The position numbers and the translations under genes are program-made. Under the pieces are notes generated by a model. It had not been told where the DNA came from, ran no database searches, and worked only from the letters and a program-made list of their open reading frames with translations. This document shows, piece after piece, positions 28,327-40,507 of a DNA stretch of 64,000 bases. Each line of letters starts with the position of its first letter. The stretch's first letter is position 1. The stretch is taken from NCBI GenBank assembly GCA_963799485.1, contig CAWCXJ010000006.1, positions 416,001 to 480,000 on the forward strand, read 5' to 3'. The stretch comes from an uncultured Trueperaceae bacterium (GTDB lineage: Bacteria > Deinococcota > Deinococci > Deinococcales > Trueperaceae).

Positions 28327-29235
28327 TTACCCGGCTCGAAAATAGCTGTTGACCGTTTCCACGAACGCCCCCGTCGCTTCCCTCGGCAACCAGTGCCCAC
28401 ACCGCCTGACGAGCTTAATTGCTGCGTTCGGCGCTGACTTGGCGGCCCGCCGCGCCCCCCGCACGGGCACGACCAGATCCCGCGTGCCGTGCAAAAAAAG
28501 CGTCGGTACCGTCAGCTCGGTGATGCGGCGGCTGTAGTCGGTCGCGTAGTGAAACATGCCCAACTCGCCGCGCAACCAGGCGACAAAGGCGGCTTCGCTA
28601 CCCTCCTCGGCGAGCGGTTCACGTACTTCGTCTAGCAGCTGCTCGGTCACGGCCCTGGCATTGCCGAAAATCACGTATTTGAGATACCACGGTAGCAGCC
28701 GCCGGTAGCGGCGCAAGGTGCGCCAGAAAAACCGTACCAGCCAGGGCATACGGAGGGCGAAGTAGGGCAAAAACGGAAACGTGACCCAGTGGTTGAGCGA
28801 GTACGCGCTAACCAGCATAAGTTTGTGGACACGCTTGGGATGCTCCAAACCTACCCCCAAGGCAATCGCGCCGCCTTTGGAAAAACCCACCAGATTGACC
28901 TTTTTCAGCCCCAACGCATCTAAAAACTTGACGACAAAACCTACATAATCGGCAGTCGTGTAGTACCTTTGCGGCGATCCGCTGAGGCCGTATCCCGGCA
29001 GGTCGGGCATAATCACGTCGAAGTGTTCAGCCAGCGGCCCGAACGCAGGGCCGTAGGTAAGGTCGCTCGAGCCCACCGTAAACCCGTGCAGCAGCAGCAG
29101 CGGCGCACCCTGACCACCTCTGACGTAATAGATGTCGGTACCGTCAATCGTTATCTGACGTTTAACCGGCTGACTGGTTTGTTGCGCTATTTTTGTCACT
29201 GCGGCTAGAGTTTCCCGGTCATGCTCAACACCCAA
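28327..29235 (-). CDS. Alpha/beta hydrolase
   Basis: LHG, DLPGYG, GFSKGG, GTRD, CGHW. Confidence 0.92.
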   Translation of the reverse strand: MGVEHDRETLAAVTKIAQQTSQPVKRQITIDGTDIYYVRGGQGAPLLLLHGFTVGSSDLTYGPAFGPLAEHFDVIMPDLPGYGLSGSPQRYYTTADYVGFVVKFLDALGLKKVNLVGFSKGGAIALGVGLEHPKRVHKLMLVSAYSLNHWVTFPFLPYFALRMPWLVRFFWRTLRRYRRLLPWYLKYVIFGNARAVTEQLLDEVREPLAEEGSEAAFVAWLRGELGMFHYATDYSRRITELTVPTLFLHGTRDLVVPVRGARRAAKSAPNAAIKLVRRCGHWLPREATGAFVETVNSYFRAG

Positions 29236-30337
29236 AGAGCGTTTCAGCGATCAAAAAGTCCACCACGGCTTTCGGGTCTTGCGTGCGCTCCAAAACCTCC
29301 AACTGCCGGTCGGCGCTGGTCCCGCGCTCCAAAATCGTAAACACGTGTTCGACCTCGTGGCGGCTGCCGAGTTCGTCCAACACATCGTCGACGAATTCGA
29401 CAAGTTCTTCTAACAGTCCTTTTGCGGGAAGTTCCTCTTGCCGCCCGAAATCGATAAGTTTGCCGCTCGTCCCGTAACGCACTGCCCGCCACTTGTTCTC
29501 CTCGACCATGGCGAGCGGATAGTGCCGAAACGACACGTTATCGACGCGCATTTTGTAATGTTTTAAGACCAAAGCTTGGAACAGTGCCGCGCAGCAAATC
29601 GCGTCGTCCACGTTTGTGCAGAGGTCGCAAATCCGAAACTCAAGGGTCGGGTAACGGTGGTGCGGGCGGATGTCCCAGTAGATTTTTGAAGCGTCCGGGA
29701 TGCTGCCGGTTTGCACGAGTACGTCGATAAAGTGTTTGTACTCGCTGTACGAACCGAAGTCTATCGGTAAACCCGTACGCGGAAAGCGCTTGAAGAGGGC
29801 GCTCCGGTAGCTTTTGAGGCCGGTGTTGCGCCCTTCCCACATCGGTGACGACGACGAGAGCGCCAAGATGTGCGGCGTAAAGTAACGGAGCACGTTCATG
29901 CTGTCGATAACTTGTTCGGGGTCTTCGATAGCCACGTGCACGTGCATCCCGAAAATCAGCATCTGCCGCGCCAAGTCCTGCATGTCCTGGACGATGCCTG
30001 CGTAGCGTTCTTGCGGGGTAATTTGCTGTGTTTGCCAGCTCGAGAACGGATGTGTTCCCGCCGCCGCGATCCGCGCCCCTTGCCGTTTTGCGTAGGTAGA
30101 TACCCGGCAGCGCAAGTCAACGAGTTCTGTCCGCGCCTCTTGAATGGTCGCGCACGCTTTCGTCCCGACCTCGACCATGCTCTGATGCAGCTCGGGTTTA
30201 AGCTCTAGCGTCCGTAAAATACTGTGGTCGCCCTCTAAAAACTGCGTGATGTAGCTTTTGAGCTCGCGCGTTTCCGGGTCGATAATCTGATACTCTTCTT
30301 CGATACCAATGGTAAGTGAGGGGCGCTGGATGGCCAT
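29225..30337 (-). CDS. Carboxylate-amine ligase (GCS2/YbdK)
   Basis: GIEEEY, FGMHVHV, WDIRP, TLEFRICD, ENKWRA. Confidence 0.93.
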   Translation of the reverse strand: MAIQRPSLTIGIEEEYQIIDPETRELKSYITQFLEGDHSILRTLELKPELHQSMVEVGTKACATIQEARTELVDLRCRVSTYAKRQGARIAAAGTHPFSSWQTQQITPQERYAGIVQDMQDLARQMLIFGMHVHVAIEDPEQVIDSMNVLRYFTPHILALSSSSPMWEGRNTGLKSYRSALFKRFPRTGLPIDFGSYSEYKHFIDVLVQTGSIPDASKIYWDIRPHHRYPTLEFRICDLCTNVDDAICCAALFQALVLKHYKMRVDNVSFRHYPLAMVEENKWRAVRYGTSGKLIDFGRQEELPAKGLLEELVEFVDDVLDELGSRHEVEHVFTILERGTSADRQLEVLERTQDPKAVVDFLIAETLFGC

Positions 30338-30457
30338 CTTGGGCTCCGTTCGTCCTGCGGCTTAGCTTAGGCTCCACTATAAACGCTGGGGGACGTTACT
30401 GAGTCTCGAGAACGGCTCGAGCCCCGTAAAACCGCCACAACGTGCCATCATAGCCCC

Positions 30458-31054
30458 ATGAACCCCGTCCCCCTAGACCAACTCAAGTGGTACAACTCGC
30501 CCCCAAGCACCGCCGTAAAAGACGGCAGCCTTACCGTAACGACCGGCGACCAGACCGACTTTTGGCGTGAAACGTTTTACGGCTTTGTGCGTGACGACGG
30601 ACATTTCGGCTTTACCGAGGTGTCGGGCGACTTTAGCGCGGGAGTTTCGTTTGCGGGAGACTACACCGAGCTCTACGACCAGGCCGGGATGATGATTCGC
30701 TTGGACGCCGCAACCTGGCTTAAAGCGGGCGTCGAGTACACGGACGGACAGCATCTGAGCGTGGTCGTTACGCGGGGTGTGTCGGACTGGTCGGTACTGC
30801 CCCTCACAGGATTTATGCCCGTACCACCCGCTGAAATCAAGTTGCGGCTGACACGTTTGGGCGGCGCGGTACTGGTACAGGCGTCGCTAGACGGCGGGGC
30901 AAGCTACACCATGCTGCGCCTCGCCGCACTGACCGACGCCGCGCAGGTGCAGGTCGGGGTGATGTGTTGTTCGCCGAAACGCTCAGGCTTTCGGGCGACG
31001 TTTCGGGGGCTCGAGCTCGGTGCGCCGGTCGTCACCGAGCTGCACGCCTCATGA
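30458..31054 (+). CDS. DUF1349 family protein
   Basis: TDFWRETFYGF, YDQAG, WLKAGVE, SDWS, CSP. Confidence 0.88.
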   Translation: MNPVPLDQLKWYNSPPSTAVKDGSLTVTTGDQTDFWRETFYGFVRDDGHFGFTEVSGDFSAGVSFAGDYTELYDQAGMMIRLDAATWLKAGVEYTDGQHLSVVVTRGVSDWSVLPLTGFMPVPPAEIKLRLTRLGGAVLVQASLDGGASYTMLRLAALTDAAQVQVGVMCCSPKRSGFRATFRGLELGAPVVTELHAS

Positions 31055-31106
31055 AGCTCGTCTCCCAACCCCGCTGAGACCACGCGGCACACCGTAGACT
31101 GTAGGG

Positions 31107-32663
31107 ATGGAAGGTCTTCTTATCGCCGAACAGCTCCGGCGCGTCACTCCACTGTTGCCGAGCACTCGTCTGAGCTGGCGGTTTCCCGACCCCTACACCT
31201 TTGTCCTGCCACTCAAAAAAGGCGGCTTGTGGTTTTACAACCGCCCGCCGAACGCGCAATTCTCGTACCGTGACAAGGTGCCGAGTTTTGGCCGGACGTA
31301 TACCGGGTTTCAGGATTTACTGGTGGCAAGGGCCGCCGGCGATCTGCTTCAGGCCGAGCAGGTCAAGCTCGACCGGGTTTTACGGCTGAGCTTTGCGCCC
31401 GGTCAAGGCTTCGTCGAAACCCCCGGCGTCGTATTGGTCGCTGAGCTGACCGGGCGTAACTGCAACCTGATTCTGCTTGACACGGACGGGATGATTTTGG
31501 GTGCTGCAAGAGAAGTGGCGAGCAGCATCAACCGTTTCCGGGAGGTGCGGGCCGGACTGCGCTACACCCCGCCGCCGCCTTACGAAAAACGCGACCCGCG
31601 CACGCTCTCTGCAGCCCAACTGACCGAACTTTTGACGGGCCGTAAACTCGCGGAATTACGCGATTTGCTTGACGGCCTCGGACCACAGCTGACGGCTGCT
31701 GCCGCGCAACTCGCCCAAGTGCCGCGTAACGCTGTGCTGGACGAAGAGAACGCCGTAAAAGCCGCCGCCGCCGTAAAACGTATCGGCGACGCGCCGAGCG
31801 CCGTTCTAGACGAAATCGGCGGGCGCGCCGACCTGAGCGCTTTGCGCGCAGCCGAAGCGCAAGAGGCGAGGATTCAGCGTTTACGGAGCGCATTGGGGAA
31901 ACGCCACGCCCTCGCCCAAAAACGTCTCGACGACCTCTCGAGAACGCTCGAGTCGGCTTTGGAGGCCGACACCTTACGCGCCGACGCCGACCTCTTGATG
32001 GCGTACCCGAAAGAGGTTCCGGCGCACGCCGCAAACGTCACGCTTACGGATTTTGCGGGTGAGCCCAGGGAGATTACCTTAGACACGCGGCTAAACGCCG
32101 TTGAAAACGCGCAAGCCTTATACGAACGGGCGAAGAAGCGGGAGGGGAGGCTCGAGGGCGCAGCGGCCCGTGAGGAGGGTCTCAAGGCCGACCTTGCCGA
32201 ACTGACGGAGCTGCTCGCGCGCCTGCCGACCTTGCCCGACGACGATATTAAAACCCTCAGCCAGGCCTACCTGAGCGAAACCAAAGCTCAGGGCCGCGCT
32301 GCACCGGGCACGCGCTACACCAGCCCGCAAGGGTTCGACGTGTGGGTGGGCCGCAGCTCGAGGGGCAACGACGAGCTGACTTTCAAGCTCGCCAAAAGCC
32401 GTGACGTGTGGTTGCACGCGCAGGGCTATCCCGGCTCACACGTCATCGTCAAGGCCGAAAACCGCGAAGTGCCTTTTGAAACCGTACTTTTCGCCGCGCA
32501 ACTCGCCGCCGCTTACTCGAAAGCCGGCATGTCGGACAACGTGCCGGTGGATTACACGCTCAAAAAGAACGTCTGGAAGCTTAAGGGTGCTGCGCCGGGG
32601 GCCGTAAACTTCAGTCAGCAGAAGACGGTTTATGTGACGCCGAGCCGTCGACCGGAGGAGTAA
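31107..32663 (+). CDS. rqcH: Ribosome quality control protein RqcH (NFACT/FbpA)
   Basis: DR, ELTGRNCN, ENAQALY, GR...ND, WLHA...GSHV, VDYT. Confidence 0.92.
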   Translation: MEGLLIAEQLRRVTPLLPSTRLSWRFPDPYTFVLPLKKGGLWFYNRPPNAQFSYRDKVPSFGRTYTGFQDLLVARAAGDLLQAEQVKLDRVLRLSFAPGQGFVETPGVVLVAELTGRNCNLILLDTDGMILGAAREVASSINRFREVRAGLRYTPPPPYEKRDPRTLSAAQLTELLTGRKLAELRDLLDGLGPQLTAAAAQLAQVPRNAVLDEENAVKAAAAVKRIGDAPSAVLDEIGGRADLSALRAAEAQEARIQRLRSALGKRHALAQKRLDDLSRTLESALEADTLRADADLLMAYPKEVPAHAANVTLTDFAGEPREITLDTRLNAVENAQALYERAKKREGRLEGAAAREEGLKADLAELTELLARLPTLPDDDIKTLSQAYLSETKAQGRAAPGTRYTSPQGFDVWVGRSSRGNDELTFKLAKSRDVWLHAQGYPGSHVIVKAENREVPFETVLFAAQLAAAYSKAGMSDNVPVDYTLKKNVWKLKGAAPGAVNFSQQKTVYVTPSRRPEE

Positions 32664-32665
32664 AA

Positions 32666-32723
32666 AGCAACGAGCAACGCGCAATGAGAGAAAAGCCTTT
32701 ACTCATTGCCCGGTACTCGTTGC
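32666..32723. repeat. Imperfect inverted repeat after rqcH (terminator or REP-like)
   Basis: AGCAACGAG..GCAATGAG / CTCATTGC..CTCGTTGCT. Confidence 0.55.
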
Positions 32724-32752
32724 TCACTGCTTTTAGAGCGTAAACTCGACGT

Positions 32753-34108
32753 ATGGCGGCCTCGAGTGCTTCAAAAACAGTTTCTAACCGCATTGCCCTG
32801 ACCGGGGTAAGTCTTTCGGTGCTCCTAATCGCCGTTCACGCGACCAACGACGCTTTCAGCAGTATGTTGGCGGCGCTGTTGCCGACCTTTCAGCTTCGTT
32901 TTGGCCTGAGTGAAGGGATACTTGCGCTCCTCGTTGCCACGCTGTCGTTTTCGTCGTCGGTGTTGCAACCCTTTTTCGGTTCGCTTGCCGATAGGTTCGG
33001 ACGGCGGCTCGTCGGGGCGCTCGGCATCATCACGAGTTCGTCACTACTTAGTTTGATGGGTGTCGTCCCGGACGCGGCGCTGCTTTTTGTGTTGCTCTTT
33101 GTCGGTGGCCTCGGTTCAGCGGCGTTTCACCCTTCGGGGACGAGTATGGCGAGGGCGGCGGGTGGTCAAAATAAAGCGCTGACGGTAAGCCTTTTTAGCG
33201 CCGGGGGAACCCTTGGGCTGGCGTTAGGGCCATCGATTATCCTGCTTCTGGCGAGGACAGTCGGGTTGCAGTTCAGCCCCCTGCTGATGATTCCGGGCGT
33301 TCTTTTGGGCGTCGCCATGTACTTTCTCATTCCGGTTCAGCCCAAAACCGACAGAGCGGTAAATCCGCGTTTTTTCGACATGGCGCTGTTTCGCGGGCCG
33401 GTTGGGGTGCTGTGCGTTTCAGGTATTTTGCGGAGCGTTTCCTATGTGACGTTTACCAACGCCGTGCCGCTCTACTTGGTGTCGCAGGGCGCAGCGCGGG
33501 ACAGTTCGCTTATCAGCACGACGCTGCTGGCATTTTCGCTGGCGGCAGGGTTCGGGGGGATTCTGGCCGGCATACTCGGGCGGCGCGTCGGCTCGCAGCT
33601 CCTGATTACCGGGACGATGCTTTTAGCGTTGCCGCTCTTTCTCGCCATCTTCTGGGTTCCGGCGGGGTCGGTGCTTTATTTCGTTTTCGTCGTACTTGCA
33701 GGTATTCTCGTCAACGCGGGACTGCCGCTCATGGTCGTTGCCGCCCAAGACCTCGCGCCGCACGCGGTCGGGACAGCCTCGGGGATGATGATGGGGTTTA
33801 CCTGGGGTTGCGCCGGGATTCTCTATATCGGTAACGGGTGGGTGCAGCAATATGTGGGGCTGACAGCGGCGATGCAGTTGAGCTTTTTGAGTTTGCTGCC
33901 GGGGGCGGTGCTGGCGTTTTGGGTACTCGAGAAAGCAACGTTATGCTCACAGCTGAGGTCAAAAGAAGTACCGACCGGAGCGTGCTTTGCTGGTTGGCAA
34001 CCGTTTCAAAGGACGGCGCACCCAACGTATCGCCAAAAGAGATATTTTTGGCTGAGGATGACGCGTACCTACTCATTGCACATATCGCCTCGAGCGGCAG
34101 CGTGCTAA
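32753..34108 (+). CDS. MFS transporter (Fsr-like); 3' end reads into the next gene remnant
   Basis: HATND, QPFFGSLADRFGRR, AFHP; twelve TMs end near 33930. Confidence 0.88.
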   Translation: MAASSASKTVSNRIALTGVSLSVLLIAVHATNDAFSSMLAALLPTFQLRFGLSEGILALLVATLSFSSSVLQPFFGSLADRFGRRLVGALGIITSSSLLSLMGVVPDAALLFVLLFVGGLGSAAFHPSGTSMARAAGGQNKALTVSLFSAGGTLGLALGPSIILLLARTVGLQFSPLLMIPGVLLGVAMYFLIPVQPKTDRAVNPRFFDMALFRGPVGVLCVSGILRSVSYVTFTNAVPLYLVSQGAARDSSLISTTLLAFSLAAGFGGILAGILGRRVGSQLLITGTMLLALPLFLAIFWVPAGSVLYFVFVVLAGILVNAGLPLMVVAAQDLAPHAVGTASGMMMGFTWGCAGILYIGNGWVQQYVGLTAAMQLSFLSLLPGAVLAFWVLEKATLCSQLRSKEVPTGACFAGWQPFQRTAHPTYRQKRYFWLRMTRTYSLHISPRAAAC

Positions 34109-34295
34109 ATATCCGCAGCAACCCGAACGTCGCGTCAGTTTTATTGATGTCTTTGTGCAAAAGGGTTACAAGCTCAAGAGGCATGCAACGGTGATTCTGG
34201 ACGATGACCCGACGTTTGAACCACGCTTGGCACCGTTAAAAAAGAAAGCTGAAGACGCGTTCAAAGTTAGAGCGGTTATCGCCGAAAGTTCATGA
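33943..34295 (+). pseudogene. Pyridoxamine 5'-phosphate oxidase-family remnant
   Basis: SVLCWLAT...PNVSPKE; frameshift near 34132, continuing VSFIDVFVQKGYKLK; appears truncated. Confidence 0.75.
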
Positions 34296-34357
34296 CTTAA
34301 CTGTTTTAGCGCTGGTTATCGTTCTTCGAACAGGCTATCCTAGACCACATACGCAGT

Positions 34358-34642
34358 ATGACCGAACAAATAAAAACTGAGCAGTCGGTTTTTACGATGA
34401 GAGCATTGACCGCCTATGCCTTAAAGGATATAGAACGCTCGCGGTTTGTCGAGCTTCTAAAATTGTTTGAAGCTGATGTAGACAGGTCAACTTTGGATCA
34501 AACAAGAAACCTTTACAAATACCGAAGTTGGGTTGCCCACGGCAAGCGAGGACAAAAGCCGATCATTACCGATCCTGTCAAAACTTACGAGACGCTTTCT
34601 TCTTTTCTTGACAAAATTGGCAAGGTTGCGGGTTCGAGCTAA
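34358..34642 (+). CDS. AT-rich hypothetical protein with RxxxxH motif (HEPN-like fragment)
   Basis: YRSWVAHG; lower GC than flanks. Confidence 0.45.
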   Translation: MTEQIKTEQSVFTMRALTAYALKDIERSRFVELLKLFEADVDRSTLDQTRNLYKYRSWVAHGKRGQKPIITDPVKTYETLSSFLDKIGKVAGSS

Positions 34643-34647
34643 AGATT

Positions 34648-35325
34648 TTACAAATAGCTCAAGCTCAGCACAGCCCGGTTAACCGCCCTCACCGCCCCGC
34701 CAATATCCCACCGCACTTTATCCCGTTCTCCAACGACGTTGCTGATACCTCGCAACTCCGCAAAAGGTACGCCTAGCGCGGTGCAAACCTGTGCGGCGGC
34801 AGCTCCCTCCATCGACTCTACGGCGACCTCAAACCGTTTGTAAAAAGATGCGGCGAGAGCCGAATACCCTGTCACGGTTTCAGACGTACCGAACGCGCAG
34901 GGCGTCGCCCCGGTGAGCGTTGTCAAAGTCCGGGTCAGCTTTGGGTCGGTCGGAAACGTATTGTAGTGTTCTCCTACGAGCGGAAATCCGAGCGTTTCCA
35001 TATCGTGCCAGTCTTCTAACTGAACGCCGGTGTCGAGATGCGTCTCTTGGGTCGCTACGGCAACTTGACCCAGCTCGAGCCCCGCCTCAGAGAACGCCCC
35101 GCCGATCCCAAACTGAATCACTCGGTCCGGTTTCAACGTGTGCAGCGCCAGCGCCAGACCCGCCGCCGTATTGACTTTGGCGACGCCCAAATGTGCCAGA
35201 TAGATGTCCTGCTCAGGCAAGCTAAAAAGCTCGCCGTAAAAAGAGGGGAGAGGTTGCCAGGGCAGAGCAGCTTTGAGGGGCGCGGCCTCGAGCCCCGTCG
35301 CCGTAACCAGTAAAGTTACCGCCAC
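34648..35325 (-). CDS. mqnB: Futalosine hydrolase
   Basis: AT..E, GVAKVN, GIGG, ESMEGA, ELRGISNVVGERD..W. Confidence 0.9.
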   Translation of the reverse strand: MAVTLLVTATGLEAAPLKAALPWQPLPSFYGELFSLPEQDIYLAHLGVAKVNTAAGLALALHTLKPDRVIQFGIGGAFSEAGLELGQVAVATQETHLDTGVQLEDWHDMETLGFPLVGEHYNTFPTDPKLTRTLTTLTGATPCAFGTSETVTGYSALAASFYKRFEVAVESMEGAAAAQVCTALGVPFAELRGISNVVGERDKVRWDIGGAVRAVNRAVLSLSYL

Positions 35326-35969
35326 AGCTCAAACGCTCCCGTTTCAACCTGTTCAAAGACGAACGCAGCTTTGCCCCGCGTCTCGGCTTCAAAATGTAAT
35401 CTTGCCCGGAGTGCGGTGTCAGCTTGACCTGTGAGGGACTCGAGCACAAACGCCGTAAACTGTCGGCAGTTCTTGTACCACCATCGCCCCGACAGGACGA
35501 CCGTCATAAGCAACGAACGCGGTCAGGGTGTTTTCTAATTGCAACGCCAGGCCAACACTTGTCCTACAGCAACGGCGTACAAATCTAGTGCATAGTTTAC
35601 GGCGATAACCTCGCCAAGCGTGCGCGTCTGCGACCAGCTCACCTGTTCGACCGCCAAAGCGCCCGTTTTTACGGCGTCAACCGGCGTAAACCCGTACTGC
35701 GCCGTCCGTAAAAAGCCCGCGTTGCTAAGCGCCATTTGCCTCAGCCCGTCGTCGAGCTCGGCTGATAAAAAGCACGACGGCGAAACGTCTTGTTCACCGT
35801 AAAAGTCGTGTAGTTCGGCAATGCTTTCAGGTTCGGGATACCAGAGCGCGTTGCTCAGAACGATAGGCGCGGCGGTGTTGACGAGCGCTTTACTGCTGCC
35901 GAGTGGCGTATAGATTTCGGCAAGCAGCCGCCAGAAGTTGAACGCTTGGTCGTATCCGTCTGAACTCAC
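35316..35969 (-). pseudogene. Hypothetical gene split by two apparent frameshifts
   Basis: GTG just after ftsY; continuous protein-like reading needs shifts near 35550 and 35462; end overlaps the mqnB start. Confidence 0.5.
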
Positions 35970-35970
35970 C

Positions 35971-36914
35971 TCACGCAGCGGCAGTTTCGGGCATATCGAG
36001 CAGCGCCCGCACGTAGGCGGCGGCGTCGTAAGGCTGTAAATCTTCGGCCCTTTCACCGACGCCGATAAATTTGATGGGGAGCTTTAGCTCGCGGACAATC
36101 GGGAGCAAGATGCCGCCCTTGGCGGTGCCGTCGAGTTTGGTGACGACAACGCCCGTTACACCTACGGCTTCGTGAAACTTTTTGGCCTGTGCCAGACCGT
36201 TTTGTCCGGTTACGGCGTCGAGAACGAGCCAGACCTCTTTGGGTTCGTCCGGGTCGGCTTTGGCAATGACGCGTTTGACCTTTTTGAGTTCTTCCATCAG
36301 GTTGTGTTTGGTATGGAGGCGTCCGGCAGTGTCAACGAAAAGGAGGTCTAGGCCGCGAGCCCGCCGCGCCTGCGCTGCGTCGAAGGCTACTGCGCCAGGG
36401 TCGGAGCCGTCCGGCCCGGAAATCGTCGGGATGCCGAGGCGACCGCCCCAGACTTCTAACTGCGCCGTCGCCGCCGCCCGAAAGGTGTCACCCGCCGCAA
36501 ACATGACCTTCTCACCGTGCCCGGTGTAATACTGCCCCAACTTGGCAATCGTGGTGGTTTTACCGACGCCGTTCACGCCGACGACCATCACGACTTTGCC
36601 TTTGGGTTCGACCAGATTACGCGACACATCGAGGTTAAACCCGACCCGGCGAAGTTTTTGGCGCATCCGGTCGGGCTCGAGCTGATCCAACAAGGCTTTT
36701 TCCAACGACTCCCGGAAGCTCGTCCCACGCTCGCGTTCGCGTTTCGCCTCCGCGACAACTTCAGCGGCAATTTTCGCGCCCGTATCGGCCCCGATGAGGG
36801 CGAACTCGAGGTCGTCCCACTCCATCTCCCACGAGCGGCCCAGATCGCGCACGTCGGTGGTGAGCATGTCACGGGTTTTGCCCAGCCCTTGCCGGAGTCT
36901 GTCAAACCAGGCCA

Positions 36915-36915
<1 letters not shown>
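35971..36915 (-). CDS. ftsY: SRP receptor FtsY (no acidic domain)
   Basis: GVNGVGKTTT, DTFRAAA, DTAGR, TKLDGTAKGG. Confidence 0.98.
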
Positions 36916-38408
<1,493 letters not shown>

Positions 38409-38590
38409 GGTTCCTCCCAAGTGAGCCTAGTTTAACGTGAGCCGGTCTGAGAGGGTGTTTTGTGCGCTCTCTCACGGCTGACCGATACAGGTTCGAAGTC
38501 GTTGTAGCGAAAAGCTGTTATGGCTCTTTTCTGACGCCGAACGCAGCCTTTACAAGCGTGGGGCTGAAATAGGGCTCGAGCAAACCGTCA

Positions 38591-38691
38591 GCGTTTTACG
38601 GCGATGGTTTACGGCAGAGGTTTCGTGAAGGTTTTGCAAAAGTTTTACGGCAAAAGTTTTACGGCAAAAGTTTTACGGCGACGGTTCTACG
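38591..38691. repeat. 14-bp tandem repeat AAAAGTTTTACGGC x3 with degenerate flanking copies
   Basis: Perfect units at 38638, 38652 and 38666. Confidence 0.9.
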
Positions 38692-39511
38692 CTAGAGGTT
38701 GCAGTATCCCCAAAGCCAACAGTACGAAGACGACGACGCCTAGACCGATACGGTACACGACAAACGGCAGGTAGCTGTTACGGCTCACATAACGGAGCAG
38801 CCACGCAATCGAAGCGTAGCCGACGACAAACGAGGCGACCGTAGCGATGAGCGTCGGAGCCAAACCGGGGCCGTCACCGACTGAAATGTCTCCCAGCTGA
38901 AAAATCCCCGACGCCAAAATTGCCGGAACCGAGAGTAAAAACGAGTAGCGGGCGGCGGCTTCGCGGGTATAACCCAAAAAAAGTCCGGCGCTGATGGTCG
39001 AGCCCGAGCGCGACACGCCGGGGATAAGCGCCAAAGCCTGAAAAAAGCCGTAAACCAGGCCGTCACGGAGCGTCAGGTCGTCTACACTTTTACGCTGACG
39101 ACCCGTGCGGTCGGCCCACCAGAGCACCAGCCCAAGCAAAATGAGGGTCGTGGCGACCACCCACAGGCTACGAAAAATCGTTTCAATCTGGGTTTGAAAA
39201 AGCAGCCCGAGGACGGCAATCGGCAGCGTCCCCAAGAGGATGTACCAGCCGAGGCGGGCGTCCGGGTCGGCGCGGAGACTCGGCGTAAAAAGCGAGCGCG
39301 CCCAAACAATCAAAATGCGCCACAAGTCGCGGATAAAAAAGATAATCACCGCTGCAATCGTGCCGAGCTGAATCACGGCGCTAAAGGCCGTACCGGGGTC
39401 GCCCCACCCGAAAAGCGCGGGGAAGATGCGGAGGTGGGCGGTACTCGAGACCGGCAAAAACTCGGTCAGACCCTGCAAGGTGCCTAGGATAATGGCTTGA
39501 AACGTTGTCAT
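38687..39511 (-). CDS. uppP: Undecaprenyl-diphosphate phosphatase
   Basis: QGLTEFLPVSSTAH, PGVSRSG. Confidence 0.97.
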   Translation of the reverse strand: MTTFQAIILGTLQGLTEFLPVSSTAHLRIFPALFGWGDPGTAFSAVIQLGTIAAVIIFFIRDLWRILIVWARSLFTPSLRADPDARLGWYILLGTLPIAVLGLLFQTQIETIFRSLWVVATTLILLGLVLWWADRTGRQRKSVDDLTLRDGLVYGFFQALALIPGVSRSGSTISAGLFLGYTREAAARYSFLLSVPAILASGIFQLGDISVGDGPGLAPTLIATVASFVVGYASIAWLLRYVSRNSYLPFVVYRIGLGVVVFVLLALGILQPLA

Positions 39512-39646
39512 AAAGTGACCTCGAGCTTAAGAGTAAGGGCGAAATGTCATAGCAAAACCCCGGCACCGCCCTGTCCACCGACTGTAGAGAAAACACAGTT
39601 ACCGTAAAACGGCCCGTATCTTAAGACAACTTTGCTTTACAAAGGC

Positions 39647-39678
39647 AAAAGAAAAGGCTGAGTCGTGCTGACCCAACC
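39647..39678 (-). terminator. Intrinsic terminator after rpsI
   Basis: GGTTGGGTC-AGCAC-GACTCAGCC-TTTTCTTTT. Confidence 0.75.
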
Positions 39679-39698
39679 TCTTAAAGACCTGTAAAGCT

Positions 39699-40085
39699 CT
39701 AGCGCTTGCTGTACTGCGGGGCGCGGCGGGCTTTGCGTAAACCGTACTTTTTACGCTCGACCTCACGGGCGTCGCGGGTTAAGTAGCCGCCCGGTTTGAG
39801 GCGAGCCCGAAACTCGGGATTGACTGCGACCAACGCGCGGGCGACACCTAGCTTAATGGCGTCGGCCTGACCGCTCGGGCCACCGCCTTTTACAGTGATA
39901 AGAGCGTCGTAGCGTCCGGCGGAACCGGTGACTTTGAGGGGCTCTAGCGCCTGCACGCCGACCAGGATACCGCGAAAGTAGTCCTGAAAATCTTTGCCGT
40001 TGACCGTAATGCGGCCGCCGCCGGGGCGCAAAAAAACGCGGGCGACGGCGGCTTTGCGGCGACCTGTACCGTAAAACTGTTCCAT
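39699..40085 (-). CDS. rpsI: 30S ribosomal protein S9
   Basis: [11 protein letters not shown]...PQYSKR. Confidence 0.98.
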   Translation of the reverse strand: MEQFYGTGRRKAAVARVFLRPGGGRITVNGKDFQDYFRGILVGVQALEPLKVTGSAGRYDALITVKGGGPSGQADAIKLGVARALVAVNPEFRARLKPGGYLTRDAREVERKKYGLRKARRAPQYSKR

Positions 40086-40507
40086 TAAACGCTCATCTCC
40101 TTGGGTTGCTGGGCGGCGTGCGGATGGGCACTGCCGGGGTAGACCTTGAGGCGGCGGATCATCCGGCGGCCCAAACGGGTTTTTGGGAGCATTCCCCAAA
40201 CGGCGTGCTCTAGAATACGCTCGGGGTGCTTTGTAAGCACGGAGCGGGCGTTCGTCTTTTTGAGGCCGCCCTGATAGCCGCTGTAGCGGGTATAGACCTT
40301 CTGGTCGAGTTTTTTGCCGGTAAAGACGACCTTTTCGGCGTTGATGACGACGACGAAATCGCCGCTCAGTTGGTTCGGCGTAAAGTCGGGTTTGTGTTTG
40401 CCCCGTAACACGGTGGCAATCTGCGTGGCAAGTCTACCGACGGTCTGCCCTTCGGCGTCAACCACGACCCAGCCGTTCGTGGGTTCTTTGGGAAAGTAGG
40501 TTTTCAC
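40085..40507 (-). CDS. rplM: 50S ribosomal protein L13
   Basis: [29 protein letters not shown] start. Confidence 0.98.
   Translation of the reverse strand: MKTYFPKEPTNGWVVVDAEGQTVGRLATQIATVLRGKHKPDFTPNQLSGDFVVVINAEKVVFTGKKLDQKVYTRYSGYQGGLKKTNARSVLTKHPERILEHAVWGMLPKTRLGRRMIRRLKVYPGSAHPHAAQQPKEMSV

Noticed and set aside
38591..38691. CRISPR array
   Set aside because: Head-to-tail 14-bp units with no spacers and no cas genes.
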